Source: a virus (lineage: Duplodnaviria; Caudoviricetes). From it: a stretch of DNA of 45,859 bases. The stretch is taken from the IMG/VR virus record IMGVR_UViG_3300049165_000082, positions 1 to 45,859 of that record, one strand, 5' to 3'. Shown here piece by piece: positions 1 to 9,888 of this stretch (its first letter is position 1; every line of letters begins with the position of its first letter). Made by a program: the position numbers and the translations under genes. The notes beneath the pieces are model-generated. The model was given only the letters and a program-made list of their open reading frames with translations. It was not told the DNA's origin and did no database searches.

Positions 1-21
1 GGATCACCCGGGGAGTGATCC
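1..21. other. Palindrome upstream of terminase small subunit, candidate cos/packaging signal
   Basis: GGATCAC-CCGGGGA-GTGATCC inverted repeat about 90 bp upstream of terS; the role is inferred from position only. Confidence 0.35.
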
Positions 22-113
22 CATGATCCACTTTATTTCCGGATCGGGGACGTTTACACGCTAAGACCGAGGACGGGTCTGGGGACTTTGGGATCTTCAG
101 GGAGGTGGACTCC

Positions 114-593
114 GTGGCAGGTCGCGGACCGCAGCCCAAGGACCCCTCTCGTCGAGCCAGGGGTAATAAGGACCCGATCGCTCAGACCGTCCTGCGGTTC
201 GAGCATGCTGAGCCTCCCGAGTTGCCGACGCTGTCGGTGATGAAGGACGGCGAACTGGTCGAGTACGCGTGGCCGGCGCGGACGTTGGACTGGTGGGAGA
301 TGTGGAAGGCGTCGCCGCAGGCGGAGCACTTCAGCAGCACGGACTGGGACTTCCTGCTGGATACGGCTGTGGTGCATGCGCGGCTGTGGTCAGGGGAGAT
401 GTCGGCGGCGGCTGAGTTGCGGCTGCGCGTGGCGAAGTTCGGGGCGACTCCGGAGGACCGGGCCCGGCTCCGCATGCAGTTCGCTCAGGCTGACGAGGCG
501 GACAGTAAGCGTCCGGAGGGCGGACGGTCGGCACGGGAGCGGCGGGGCGTATTGCGGGCGCTGCCGCCTCCAGAGGAGGCACCGGGGGGCTGA
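114..593 (+). CDS. Terminase small subunit
   Basis: GGAGG at 101-105 then GTG 114 (MAGRGPQPK); the AELRLRVAKFGATPEDRARLR motif is typical of actinophage TerS; precedes TerL. Confidence 0.85.
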   Translation: MAGRGPQPKDPSRRARGNKDPIAQTVLRFEHAEPPELPTLSVMKDGELVEYAWPARTLDWWEMWKASPQAEHFSSTDWDFLLDTAVVHARLWSGEMSAAAELRLRVAKFGATPEDRARLRMQFAQADEADSKRPEGGRSARERRGVLRALPPPEEAPGG

Positions 594-594
594 C

Positions 595-2226
595 ATGCCG
601 TGGAAGCCGCCAGAGCCTGGGGCCGTTCCGACTCTGGGGTTCGAGGTCATCGACTGGATTTCGGAGATGTTGGCGGCGCCGGACCGCGGCGAGTACGAGC
701 CTTTCGTGCTGTACCCGGAGCAGGAGGATTTCGTCCTCCGTTACTACGAGATCAATCCGAACAGCGGTAAGCGGCGCTTCCGTCGGGGCGTTATCAGCCG
801 ACCTCGCGGCTGGGGCAAGAGTCCGTTCCTGGCGGCGCTGGCGATCGTCGAGGCGCTCGGCCCGGTGGTCCCGGATGGGTGGGATGCCGACGGGCAGCCG
901 GTCGGTAAGCCGTGGGCGGAGGTTCGGACGCCGCTGGTGCAGATTGCGGCAGTGTCGGAGACGCAGACGAAGAACACGTGGGCGCCGCTGCTGGAGATGC
1001 TGCAAGGTCCGGTCCTGGACGAGTACCCGGGCCTGGAGCCGCTGGACTCCTTCGTGAACCTGCCGCGCGGTCGTATCGAGCCGATCACGTCGTCGGCCCG
1101 CACGGTGAAGGGCAACAAGCCGGTGTTCGCAGTGCTGGACCAGACCGAGGAGTGGGTCCGCTCGAACAACGGTCTGCGACTGGCGGAGACGATGCGGATC
1201 AACGCGGCCAAGGTCGGGGGTACGACGATCGAGTCTCCGAACGCCTATATCCCGGGTGAGGGGTCGGTGGCGGAGGAGTCGGCGGCCTTCTGGGCGAAGA
1301 TCCGGGAGGGGCGGGCGCGGGACGACGGTCTGTACTACGACCACCGCGAGGCGCCGCCAGAGACGGATCTGACGGACCGGGAATCTCTGCTGGCAGGGCT
1401 CGCCTACACCTACGGGAACTCTGCGGACCGTAACGGCGGGCACGTCGACCTCGACACGATCGTGGCGACGATCTGGGACCCGGCTACGGACCCGCAGACG
1501 TCCCGTGCAGACTTCCTGAACCAGATCACTCACGCTTCCGACTCGTGGATCTCTCAGCCCGAGTGGGCTGGCGTGGCCGCGGCGGACAAGGTGGTGGGCC
1601 GGGGCGAGGAGATCGTCCTTGGGTTCGACGGCTCGCGTCGTCGTAACCGCGGCGTCACGGACGCGACCGCCTTGGTGGGATGCCGTGTATCTGACGGGCA
1701 CCTGTTCCTGCTGGGCTGCTGGGAGCAGCCGGAGGGGCCGTTTGGCCAGGACTGGCAGGTGCCCACGGTCGAGGTGCTAGCGACGGTTGAGGAGGCATTC
1801 CGCGACTACAAGGTCGTCGGCATGTATGCGGACCCCGCGCGCTGGGAGTCCCACGTTGCGAAGTGGGAGGCGGATCATGGGCGTCGGCTCAAGGTGAAGG
1901 CGTCCACGCAGCATCCGATCGAGTGGTGGATGACTGGCGGCCGGTCATTCCAGATCGTGCGCGCCCTGGAGAAGTTCCGCTCCAGCGTCGTTGATGGCGA
2001 GTTGTCGCATGACGGATCGAGCGTGTTGACCAGGCACATCCTGAACGCCCGGCGACGTGAGTCGCGCAGCGGCATCCAGATCATGAAGGAGCATCCGGAC
2101 AGTCCCAGGAAGATCGATGCGGCGATCGCCGCCGTCCTGGCCTGGCAGTGCCGTGTGGACGCGATGGCTAAGGGGCTCGGCCGCAAGAAGGCCGGCAAGT
2201 CGGGACGGGTGGTGGTGCTGCGATGA
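595..2226 (+). CDS. Terminase large subunit
   Basis: Walker A RPRGWGKS, Walker B-like FAVLDQTE, nuclease LGFDGS and KIDAAIA motifs. Confidence 0.95.
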   Translation: MPWKPPEPGAVPTLGFEVIDWISEMLAAPDRGEYEPFVLYPEQEDFVLRYYEINPNSGKRRFRRGVISRPRGWGKSPFLAALAIVEALGPVVPDGWDADGQPVGKPWAEVRTPLVQIAAVSETQTKNTWAPLLEMLQGPVLDEYPGLEPLDSFVNLPRGRIEPITSSARTVKGNKPVFAVLDQTEEWVRSNNGLRLAETMRINAAKVGGTTIESPNAYIPGEGSVAEESAAFWAKIREGRARDDGLYYDHREAPPETDLTDRESLLAGLAYTYGNSADRNGGHVDLDTIVATIWDPATDPQTSRADFLNQITHASDSWISQPEWAGVAAADKVVGRGEEIVLGFDGSRRRNRGVTDATALVGCRVSDGHLFLLGCWEQPEGPFGQDWQVPTVEVLATVEEAFRDYKVVGMYADPARWESHVAKWEADHGRRLKVKASTQHPIEWWMTGGRSFQIVRALEKFRSSVVDGELSHDGSSVLTRHILNARRRESRSGIQIMKEHPDSPRKIDAAIAAVLAWQCRVDAMAKGLGRKKAGKSGRVVVLR

Positions 2227-3686
2227 CCCTCTCGATCCCCGAACTGCCTCTGCTGACGCTGTCGGATGACGAGCTGGCCCTGGTGCAGACGCTGCGGGCC
2301 GACATGATGCGTGACCGGTGGGCGCTGCTACTGCGGGATGCGTACTTCAACGGCGAGCAGTTGATCCGCGACCTCGGGATTTCGATCCCTCCGCAGCTCA
2401 AGGGCCTGCACACGGTGATCGGCTGGCCGCGGGTCGGCGTCGAGAGCTTGGAGGAGCGCCTGGACCTGGAGGCGTTCCGCTGGGCGGACGGCGCGGACTC
2501 CAGTGAGTTGACGGAGATCGCCGAGGCGAACGATCTGTTCGACGAGTCGTCCCTGGCGCATCTGGATGCGCTGGTGTACGGCCGCGAGTATCTGGCGGTC
2601 GGCTCGGGGGACTGCGATGGGGAGTGCCCGCCGTTGATCTCGGTGGAGTCGCCGCTGGATATGACCCTCATGTGGGATGCCCGCCTGCGGATGGGTACGG
2701 CGGCGCTGCGGGAGTGTGCGGCCGACACGTACATCGAGTCGGGGCCTGAGGAGCGGATGCTGGTCCTGTATCTGCCGGATCAGACGGTGATGTGTCTGCC
2801 GTCGGAGTCGGGTGGGTGGGAGGTCATCGATCGCGACATGCACAACCTCGGGGTCGTGCCGGTGGTGCGGATGGCGAATCGGCAGCGGACCGCGGACCGG
2901 GTGGGGAAGTCGGAGATCACCCCGGAGGTCATGAGCATCACGGATGCGGCGTGCCGCCGGCTGATGGGCATGGAGGTCGCGGCGGAGTTCTTCGGGGCTC
3001 CGCAGCGGTACATCCTTGGTGCGTCGGAGTCGGCGTTTCAGGACGCGGACGGTACGGCGAAGTCGGCGTGGGAGACGTACATCGGCCGGGTGCTCGCCTT
3101 GGAGCGGGACGAGGACGGCAACGTCCCGGATGTGGGCCAGTTCGCGGCGCATGACCCGACGGGCATGACGCGGATCATCGACTTGTATGCGCGGATCATG
3201 TCGTCGCAGTTTGGTCTGCCGCCTCACATGCTCGGCTACACCACGGACAACCCAGCCAGCGCGGATGCGATCCGGTCGACTGAGGCGAAGCTGGTGAAGC
3301 GCTCCGAGCGGCGCATCAGGCGCTTCGGGGCCGCGTGGCAGCAGGCGATGCGGCTCGCGTTGTGGGTGCGGGATGGTGAGCCGCCGGAGAAGTCGCGGCG
3401 GATTGAGACGGTGTGGCGGAATCCGGCGACGCCGACGGTGGCGGCCCAGGTGGACGCCACGGTGAAGCTGGTGCAGGCCGGCGTGCTGCCCGCCGATTCC
3501 GATGTGACGTTGGAGATGGCGGGGTTCACGGAGGCGCAGCGTCAGCGGATCACTGTGGATCGGCGTCGGTCGGCTGCTTCTGCGGCGGGCGGCGCGCTGA
3601 TGGAGCGGCTGGCTGCGATGAACGACCGGCCGGGTAGGGCTCTGCCGGATGTGGTGGAGGCCGATGATGGCGACGACGGTCTCTGA
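2223..3686 (+). CDS. Portal protein (SPP1 gp6-like)
   Basis: 487 aa after TerL; motifs GWPRVGVE, GKSEI, PQRYILG, NPASADAI, WRNPATPT. Confidence 0.92.
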   Translation: MTLSIPELPLLTLSDDELALVQTLRADMMRDRWALLLRDAYFNGEQLIRDLGISIPPQLKGLHTVIGWPRVGVESLEERLDLEAFRWADGADSSELTEIAEANDLFDESSLAHLDALVYGREYLAVGSGDCDGECPPLISVESPLDMTLMWDARLRMGTAALRECAADTYIESGPEERMLVLYLPDQTVMCLPSESGGWEVIDRDMHNLGVVPVVRMANRQRTADRVGKSEITPEVMSITDAACRRLMGMEVAAEFFGAPQRYILGASESAFQDADGTAKSAWETYIGRVLALERDEDGNVPDVGQFAAHDPTGMTRIIDLYARIMSSQFGLPPHMLGYTTDNPASADAIRSTEAKLVKRSERRIRRFGAAWQQAMRLALWVRDGEPPEKSRRIETVWRNPATPTVAAQVDATVKLVQAGVLPADSDVTLEMAGFTEAQRQRITVDRRRSAASAAGGALMERLAAMNDRPGRALPDVVEADDGDDGL

Positions 3687-4440
3687 CGGTGGTCGTGACC
3701 CGGACCGGTACAGGTCGGCGCAGCGCGGGTTGACGCGGCTGCTGGTGCGGGATGTTCGCGGCCTGCGCCGTCTGATCATTCCGTCTCGGTTGCGGGCGTC
3801 GATGCCGGATTGGTTCGCGGCGGTGCAGGCGGTCGTCGACCAGTACGCGCAGGCGTCGGCCGCGTTGGGTGCCGAGTTTTACGACGCTCAGCGGGATGCG
3901 GCTGGGGTGCCGGGTTCGTTCACGGTGCCCGTCGCGGACCCGCCGCCAGGGGAGAAGACGGAGGCGAGCCTGCGGTGGGCGGCGAAGGACGTGTGGGAAC
4001 GCGACCCTGAGCAGGCCACACCCGCACAGCAGGAGCCTCTCGAGACCCGGTTGGTGCAGGCGGAGAAGAAGGCCGAGCTGGTGGCGCAGAAGCTCGTCGC
4101 TGATACAGGCAGGGGCACTGTCCTGGAGGCGGTGCGGCAGGACCCGCAGGCGCGAGCATGGGCACGATCGGCGGCACTGGGTGCGTGCGCCTTCTGCAAG
4201 ATGCTCGCCAGCAGGGGGAGTGTCTTCGCTCAGGACACGGTGGACTTCAGGGCTCATGACGGCTGCCACTGCGGCGTGATTCCCGTCTTTGCGGGGCAGA
4301 CGTTCGAACCGTCCCCGCAGGCCCGTGAGTGGGCGCGGCTGTACGACGAATACGCCGCGGGCCACTCGGGAAGCCAGCTTCGCCGGTTCAGGCGGGCGCT
4401 GGCGGAGCACGACTCGAACCCGCTGCCGGGTTCTTTCTGA
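3667..4440 (+). CDS. Head morphogenesis / MuF-like (capsid maturation) protein
   Basis: ACAFCKMLASRG and AHDGCHC motifs; lies between portal and scaffold. Confidence 0.8.
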   Translation: MATTVSDGGRDPDRYRSAQRGLTRLLVRDVRGLRRLIIPSRLRASMPDWFAAVQAVVDQYAQASAALGAEFYDAQRDAAGVPGSFTVPVADPPPGEKTEASLRWAAKDVWERDPEQATPAQQEPLETRLVQAEKKAELVAQKLVADTGRGTVLEAVRQDPQARAWARSAALGACAFCKMLASRGSVFAQDTVDFRAHDGCHCGVIPVFAGQTFEPSPQAREWARLYDEYAAGHSGSQLRRFRRALAEHDSNPLPGSF

Positions 4441-4501
4441 TCAACGGTCGCCCTGGTGGCGGCCTTTCCCTTTTCACCAGCCCCTGGAGGGCCGATTCGT
4501 C

Positions 4502-5152
4502 ATGCCTGAAGAGACCGAGACGACCGAGCAGCACGACACCGGCACCGAGGAGACCGTCGAGGAGACGGCGACCGAGGAGAACGGCACCGAGCAGCGGGAC
4601 GACGCCCAGGAGGCGGAAACCGACAAGCAGGAGGAGCCGTTCGACCGGAAGAAGTTCGAGGCGGAGCTGCGGAAGAAGAACAGCGAGGCCGCGAACCTGC
4701 GGAAGCGTCTGAAGGAACTCGAACCGCTGGCGAAGAAGGCCAGGGAGTTCGAGGACGCGCAGAAGTCCGAGCAGGAGCGTCTCAACGATCAGCTCACCGC
4801 TGCTCAGGAGCAGATCGCCGCGACCCGGAAGCGTCTCGTCGAAGCGCGCGTGCAGGCCCTGGCCGGTTCGCCGGCGGGGGAGCGGGCGGCGTTCACCGAC
4901 CCGGAGGACGCGGTCACTTCGCTGGATCTCTCCGCGTACATCGACGCCGATTCGGGCGACATCGACGAGTCCGCCATCGAGGCGGATCTCCAGGCGCTCT
5001 TGGAGCGCAAGCCGCACTGGGCGAAGACCCAGCCCCCGGAGGGCCCGCGGCGTCCCGCACCGGACCGCACTCAGGCGTCCGGCGCCAACAAGACAAAGGC
5101 CCCCAGCCCGCGCGACGAGTTCGCCGGGTGGCTGAGTTCGCAGCTGAAGTAG
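4502..5152 (+). CDS. Capsid scaffolding protein
   Basis: Acidic N-terminus, coiled coil (AQKSEQERL), LLERKPHW motif; GGAGG RBS; directly before the capsid gene. Confidence 0.88.
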   Translation: MPEETETTEQHDTGTEETVEETATEENGTEQRDDAQEAETDKQEEPFDRKKFEAELRKKNSEAANLRKRLKELEPLAKKAREFEDAQKSEQERLNDQLTAAQEQIAATRKRLVEARVQALAGSPAGERAAFTDPEDAVTSLDLSAYIDADSGDIDESAIEADLQALLERKPHWAKTQPPEGPRRPAPDRTQASGANKTKAPSPRDEFAGWLSSQLK

Positions 5153-5171
5153 CTGCGGGAGAAGAGACATC

Positions 5172-6128
5172 ATGGCGGTCACCGCCCCCCTCACCCTGTC
5201 CAGCGTCAACGCTTCACTGCTGCCGCGCACCATCACCGGACCGATCTTCGAGAAGTCCACGGAACAGTCCGCCATCATGGCGCTCGCTCGCCGCGCGCCG
5301 CTGGCGCTGGACGCCACCACGTCGGTGCCGATCCCGATGGATGTGCCGACGGCCGACTGGGTCGGGCAGGCGGCGAAGAAGCCCCTGTCGACCGGCGGCG
5401 TCGACGTGAAGCAGATGCAGGCCAAGAAGCTGGCCGTTCTGATCCCAGTGGCCATGGAGGTCGCCAAGACCAACGCGGGCGGCCTGTTCGACCAGCTACA
5501 GAACGACCTGCCGACGGCGTTCGCCCGCGCCTTCGACCACGCCGCGATCCACGGCAAGACCATGAAGGGCGCCACCGGGCCCTTCACCGAGTACCTGGCC
5601 GCGACCCCCAACAGCGTCGCCCTCGGCACCGCCCCCCGCAACGAGGGAGGCGTCTGGGCTGACCTGGTCGACGGCATGTCCCTCGTCATCGACGGCGACT
5701 GGGACTACACCGGCACCGTCGCCGACCCCCGACTCAAGCCGACCCTCCTGCGGGCGACGGACGCCAACGGTCAGCTCATCCTCATCGAGACGCGAACGTC
5801 GGGCAATGACATGGCCGAGGCAGGGACGCTCATCGGTGAGCCCCTCGCGTACTCACGAGGCGTCTCTGGCAAGCAGCGGCGCCAGTCGACGTCGACGGAC
5901 ACCGGACTGCGGGCGATCGGTGGAGACTGGAGCCAGGCGGCATACGGCGTGGGCATGGAAATTTCCGTGCGCCTGTCCGACCAGGCGACCTACGTCGACG
6001 AGGAGGGCGGCGTGCACTCCGCGTTCCAGGAGAACCTGGTGCTGATCCTCGCGGAGGCGTACTACGGCTTCGTGATGGGGTCGGAGGACGCGTTCGTGAA
6101 GTACACCGGCACGCCGAGCGGTTCCTGA
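5172..6128 (+). CDS. Major capsid protein (HK97 fold)
   Basis: 318 aa; KKLAVLIPV, FARAFDHAAIHG, GGDWSQ, SAFQENLVLILAE; ends YTGTPSGS. Confidence 0.93.
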   Translation: MAVTAPLTLSSVNASLLPRTITGPIFEKSTEQSAIMALARRAPLALDATTSVPIPMDVPTADWVGQAAKKPLSTGGVDVKQMQAKKLAVLIPVAMEVAKTNAGGLFDQLQNDLPTAFARAFDHAAIHGKTMKGATGPFTEYLAATPNSVALGTAPRNEGGVWADLVDGMSLVIDGDWDYTGTVADPRLKPTLLRATDANGQLILIETRTSGNDMAEAGTLIGEPLAYSRGVSGKQRRQSTSTDTGLRAIGGDWSQAAYGVGMEISVRLSDQATYVDEEGGVHSAFQENLVLILAEAYYGFVMGSEDAFVKYTGTPSGS

Positions 6129-7159
6129 TGAGGCGGGCTGTCCCGGCTTCCGCGCCGGGCGGGGCAGCCAAGCCCCTTCAGGTCGTCGCCAGGGTGCATG
6201 CGATGCCACCCGAGCACAACGCGGGCGCCGAGCACATGCTCGTCAGCATGCTGCGGCCTCTGGTGGATCGCGGGCACGACGTGTCTGTGTGGCTGTCCCG
6301 CTACGGGAAGGCCGGCCGGGAGTACGAGTACCGGGGCATCAAGGTGGTGCCGTTGGAGTCTCGGCTGGACTTCCCGTCGGCGGTTCGCAGGGCGGATGTG
6401 CTGTTGGCGCATCTGGAGACGGTGCCGTCGACGGCGTCGCTGGCGCGCGGCTATGGCAAGCCGCTGGTGGTGGTCTGCCACAACACGCACCGGCCGACGT
6501 TCCGGGATGCGGCGGCGGGCGGCACCGCCCTGGCGGTGTACAACTCGCGGTGGATGGAGCGGGAGGCGGAGTTGTTCTTCGCCGAGTACCCGAAAGCCAT
6601 CCGGCCCGCGTCGTCGCTGATTGTGCGACCGCCGGTGTTCGCCGACGAGTACGCGACGAAGCCCGGCAAGGCCATCACGCTGATCAACTGCAACCCGGAG
6701 AAGGGCGGCAAGGTGCTCGACGCGCTGGCCCGCCGGATGCCGGATCAGGAGTTCATCGCCGTCCGCGGCGCCTACGGGGAGCAGATCCTCCCGGACCTGC
6801 CGAACGTCGAGGTCGTCGAGCACGTTCGCGGCGAGGAGATGCGGGAGAGGGTGTACGGCCGCACGCGGGTGCTGCTGATGCCGTCCTCCTACGAGTCGTG
6901 GGGCCGCGCCGGCGTCGAGGCGCTCGCTTCCGGTATTCCGGTCGTGGCTCACCCCACACCAGGCCTGTGCGAGTCGCTGGGCGAGGCCGGGATTTTCGTG
7001 GACCGCAACGACGTAGCGGGCTACGAGGCGGTGCTGTGGAAGCTCCTGACGCCTGCGGAGTATCGGCTGGCGTCGAAGCGCGCGAAGGGCCGGTCGGTGG
7101 AACTCGATCCTGCTGCCGATCTGGCGGCGTGGTGCAGCACTGTGGAGTCCCTGGCCTGA
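6128..7159 (+). CDS. Glycosyltransferase, GT-B fold (GT4/Glycos_transf_1-like)
   Basis: N-terminal GAEH, KGGK, and E-x7-E motif MPSSYESWGRAGVEALASGIPVV; start overlaps the capsid stop (TGATG). Confidence 0.9.
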   Translation: MRRAVPASAPGGAAKPLQVVARVHAMPPEHNAGAEHMLVSMLRPLVDRGHDVSVWLSRYGKAGREYEYRGIKVVPLESRLDFPSAVRRADVLLAHLETVPSTASLARGYGKPLVVVCHNTHRPTFRDAAAGGTALAVYNSRWMEREAELFFAEYPKAIRPASSLIVRPPVFADEYATKPGKAITLINCNPEKGGKVLDALARRMPDQEFIAVRGAYGEQILPDLPNVEVVEHVRGEEMRERVYGRTRVLLMPSSYESWGRAGVEALASGIPVVAHPTPGLCESLGEAGIFVDRNDVAGYEAVLWKLLTPAEYRLASKRAKGRSVELDPAADLAAWCSTVESLA

Positions 7160-7169
7160 GGAGGCGACT

Positions 7170-7583
7170 GTGGCTTTCGTCCCTCCGACTGTGGAGCAAC
7201 TCGGCCTGTACCTGGGCCTGGGTGAGATCGAGGGCGGTCGCGCAGATCTGCTGATCGCCACGGCGACCAGCTTGTGCCAGACCGTGGTGAAGCCTCTCCC
7301 GGAAGGCGCCGAGGCGGTCGTCCTGTCCGTCGCAGGCCGGGCCTACGTCAACCCGCAGCAGGTCTCTTACGAGACGATCGGCCCCATGTCAGTGCAGCGC
7401 CCTTCGGGCTCTGGCGGCCTGTACCTGACCAAGAGCGACAAGAGCGCCCTCAAGTCCCTCGCGGGCCGCGGCGGCGCATTCACCGTGGACCCGACACCGG
7501 CCACCGCGGACCCGTCACCGACGTGGCCCATCGACGATGTGACTGGCTTCGCCGACGACTTCGAACCGGGCTGGGGGTACTGA
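7170..7583 (+). CDS. Head-to-tail adaptor
   Basis: VAGRAYVNP...ETIGPMS...GGLYLT motif; GGAGG RBS; synteny. Confidence 0.8.
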   Translation: MAFVPPTVEQLGLYLGLGEIEGGRADLLIATATSLCQTVVKPLPEGAEAVVLSVAGRAYVNPQQVSYETIGPMSVQRPSGSGGLYLTKSDKSALKSLAGRGGAFTVDPTPATADPSPTWPIDDVTGFADDFEPGWGY

Positions 7584-7954
7584 TGCCGGCGCCGTTTCCG
7601 TTCGGGGAGACGGTTCGGATCGTGCGCACCGGGCCTTCGCCGGGTCGTGATCCGCGCGGTCAGCCGCTCCCGGGTCCGGATGAGTCGTTCGGCCTGCCTG
7701 GGTGTGTGGTGACGCCTCGGCAGGAGTCGCCTCAGGTGGGCGGTTCGCAGCAGCAGGACCGGGACACGGTGATCGTTGGCTGGACGGTGTACGGCCCGTC
7801 GGATCATCCCCGTATGCCGTTGCGGACGACGGACAGGGTCGTGATTCGTGGCGTGACCTGTGAGATCACGGGCGAGCCGGGCGACTGGGGCCGTAGTCCG
7901 TTCACCGGCACCCGCGGCCCGATCCAGTTCGCTGCCGACCGCGTAACGGGCTGA
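7583..7954 (+). CDS. Head-to-tail stopper
   Basis: GETVRIVR...DPRG, TDRVVIRG..EITGEPGDW..PFTG; TGATG coupling. Confidence 0.8.
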   Translation: MPAPFPFGETVRIVRTGPSPGRDPRGQPLPGPDESFGLPGCVVTPRQESPQVGGSQQQDRDTVIVGWTVYGPSDHPRMPLRTTDRVVIRGVTCEITGEPGDWGRSPFTGTRGPIQFAADRVTG

Positions 7955-7969
7955 CCGAGAGGAGGCTTC

Positions 7970-8299
7970 GTGGCTGCGAGGTTCAAGGTGAAGCGGAAGG
8001 GCATCGGGGAGATGCTGCGGATGCCGGGCATGCAGGCGGAGATGTTGCGGCGTGCCGAGGTCATCAAGGGTGTCGCGGTCGGCCTGTCCCCGGTCGACGA
8101 GAACAGCCCCCACCCCGGCCACTACAAGGAGTCGTGGGAGACGGACAGCACCGCGCGGGGCGGGCGTCGCCGCGACCGTGCGGTCGGCTACGTCCGCAAC
8201 ACCGCCTACTACGCCCGCTGGGTCGAATACGGGACGGAGAAGGTCCGGGCCCACCATGTGCTGCTGCGGGCGGCGCAGATCGGCGGGCGGAACCAGTGA
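7970..8299 (+). CDS. HK97 gp10-like neck/tail completion protein
   Basis: SPVD..GHYKESW and YARWVEYGT motifs. Confidence 0.8.
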   Translation: MAARFKVKRKGIGEMLRMPGMQAEMLRRAEVIKGVAVGLSPVDENSPHPGHYKESWETDSTARGGRRRDRAVGYVRNTAYYARWVEYGTEKVRAHHVLLRAAQIGGRNQ

Positions 8300-8688
8300 C
8301 CGTCATCGTCGATATCGAGGGCGAGTTGATCCCGCGCGGTCAGGCCCGCTTCCCTGCCGCGGTGGTGCGGGATGAGCTCGACAACAACCTGCTGAACGAG
8401 CTGCCGACGATCCAGATCAACCAGATCCCGGCTGGCGACGACGACGGGGTCCGCCTGGCGCGGATGCTCGTCGACATCGACACCTACCACCGAACGCGCG
8501 CTGAGGCATTCACTCTGGCCCGCGAGGTGCACCGCTGGGTGACCGACGAGTTGCGAGGCTCCTTCACCAGCACGCTCGTCATCGGCCGCACGGCCGCTCT
8601 CACGCTGCCCGCTGTGCGCCCCTACGAAAACACCGGGCTCCGCCGCGTCGGAGCCACCTACGAAATCTTCTGCCACCCGGTCTCCTGA
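8296..8688 (+). CDS. Tail terminator
   Basis: Size and position before the tail tube gene; LPTIQINQI...VDIDTY; GTGA overlap. Confidence 0.7.
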   Translation: MTVIVDIEGELIPRGQARFPAAVVRDELDNNLLNELPTIQINQIPAGDDDGVRLARMLVDIDTYHRTRAEAFTLAREVHRWVTDELRGSFTSTLVIGRTAALTLPAVRPYENTGLRRVGATYEIFCHPVS

Positions 8689-8765
8689 CCGGCTCTTCGG
8701 GCCCGCGCCGCGCCCTGTTTCATCTCCCGCCCGTGCGCGGGCTCTTCCATGTCTGGAGACTTCTC

Positions 8766-9353
8766 ATGGTCAACATCACCCGCGCCGCGGACCTCCTTGA
8801 GGTGGGCGCGAACGGGGCCGGCTGGACTGCTCCGCTGGGTACGTCGTCGCCGGGGGATCCGGCGGTCCAGCCGCTGACTCCGTGGGCGCCGCTGGGCGCG
8901 ATCTCGGATGACGGCCTGGTGCAGGGCTTCGACGAGGACTCCGAGTCGTTCACCCCGTGGGGGTTCACGGCGCCGATCCGCACCACCATCACTTCCAGCT
9001 TGCGGACGTTCGGGCTGACGGTGTGGGAGACGGGGCGGACGACGGTGCAGTCGCTGCAGTACCGGCTGGACGTGGCGGATCTCGCCCCGACATCCGGTCT
9101 GACGTCGTTCGCGGAGACTGCGAGTCCGGTGCCGGACCGGCGTGCGTTCTGGTTCGTGGTGCTGGACGGCGACAGCTTCCAGCGCGGCTTCTACGTGCCG
9201 GAGGGTGAGATCACGGAGCGCTCGGACGTGAACCACAAGCAGAACGAGGTCGCGGGCTACGAGTGGACGATCACCGCGTACCCGGATGAGGCTGGGAACA
9301 CGGTGTACCACTTCGACCGGGTGCCGGAGACCGCGGACTACACGGGGTCCTGA
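8766..9353 (+). CDS. Major tail (tube) protein
   Basis: LGAISDDGL, GEITERSDV, YEWTITAYPD motifs; ends ADYTGS. Confidence 0.9.
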   Translation: MVNITRAADLLEVGANGAGWTAPLGTSSPGDPAVQPLTPWAPLGAISDDGLVQGFDEDSESFTPWGFTAPIRTTITSSLRTFGLTVWETGRTTVQSLQYRLDVADLAPTSGLTSFAETASPVPDRRAFWFVVLDGDSFQRGFYVPEGEITERSDVNHKQNEVAGYEWTITAYPDEAGNTVYHFDRVPETADYTGS

Positions 9354-9459
9354 GACGGGTGGACGGGCCGTAGGCACCTGCGGGTGTCACCGTTGGCGCG
9401 GGCCCGGCCCGTCCACCTTCACTTTTGCCCGCGCCGCACGATGAGAAGGAGCCCGCGCC

Positions 9460-9888
9460 GTGGCCACTACGCGCAAGACGACCAGCACGAGCAGGAAGCC
9501 GCGCACTGCGGCCCGAGCAGCATCCCGGCCCGCGACCACCCGGCGTGCGGAGCCGGACGTCGACGTCGAGGATTCCGAGGTGTCGGCGGCCGACGCGCAG
9601 GAGATCGAGGCCGCCGGCTACGTCACCGCGGAACTGTGCGGCGAGGAAGTCCGCATCATCCCTCCGGCGGCGTGGCGGGTGTCGTGGCAGCGGATGCTGA
9701 CCCAGGGCCTCGTCTACGAGTTCGCGGAGAAGGTGCTGCACCCCGAGGACTACGAGTTCTTCGAGGAGCTCGACCCGACCGCCACCGAGTTCCACGAGTT
9801 CGTGAATGACGCCGGAGAGCGGGCGGGGGAGTCGATGGGAAAGTCCGTAGCACCATCGCGATCTGGCAGGCCCACGCGGAGGCGGTAG
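9460..9888 (+). CDS. Tail assembly chaperone (G)
   Basis: Between tube and tape measure genes; AAGGAG RBS; slippery site near the 3' end. Confidence 0.85.
   Translation: MATTRKTTSTSRKPRTAARAASRPATTRRAEPDVDVEDSEVSAADAQEIEAAGYVTAELCGEEVRIIPPAAWRVSWQRMLTQGLVYEFAEKVLHPEDYEFFEELDPTATEFHEFVNDAGERAGESMGKSVAPSRSGRPTRRR
9837..9843 (+). promoter_or_regulatory. -1 programmed ribosomal frameshift site GGGAAAG
   Basis: G-GGA-AAG in the chaperone frame; the -1 frame is open and continuous with the ORF ending at 10292. Confidence 0.9.
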
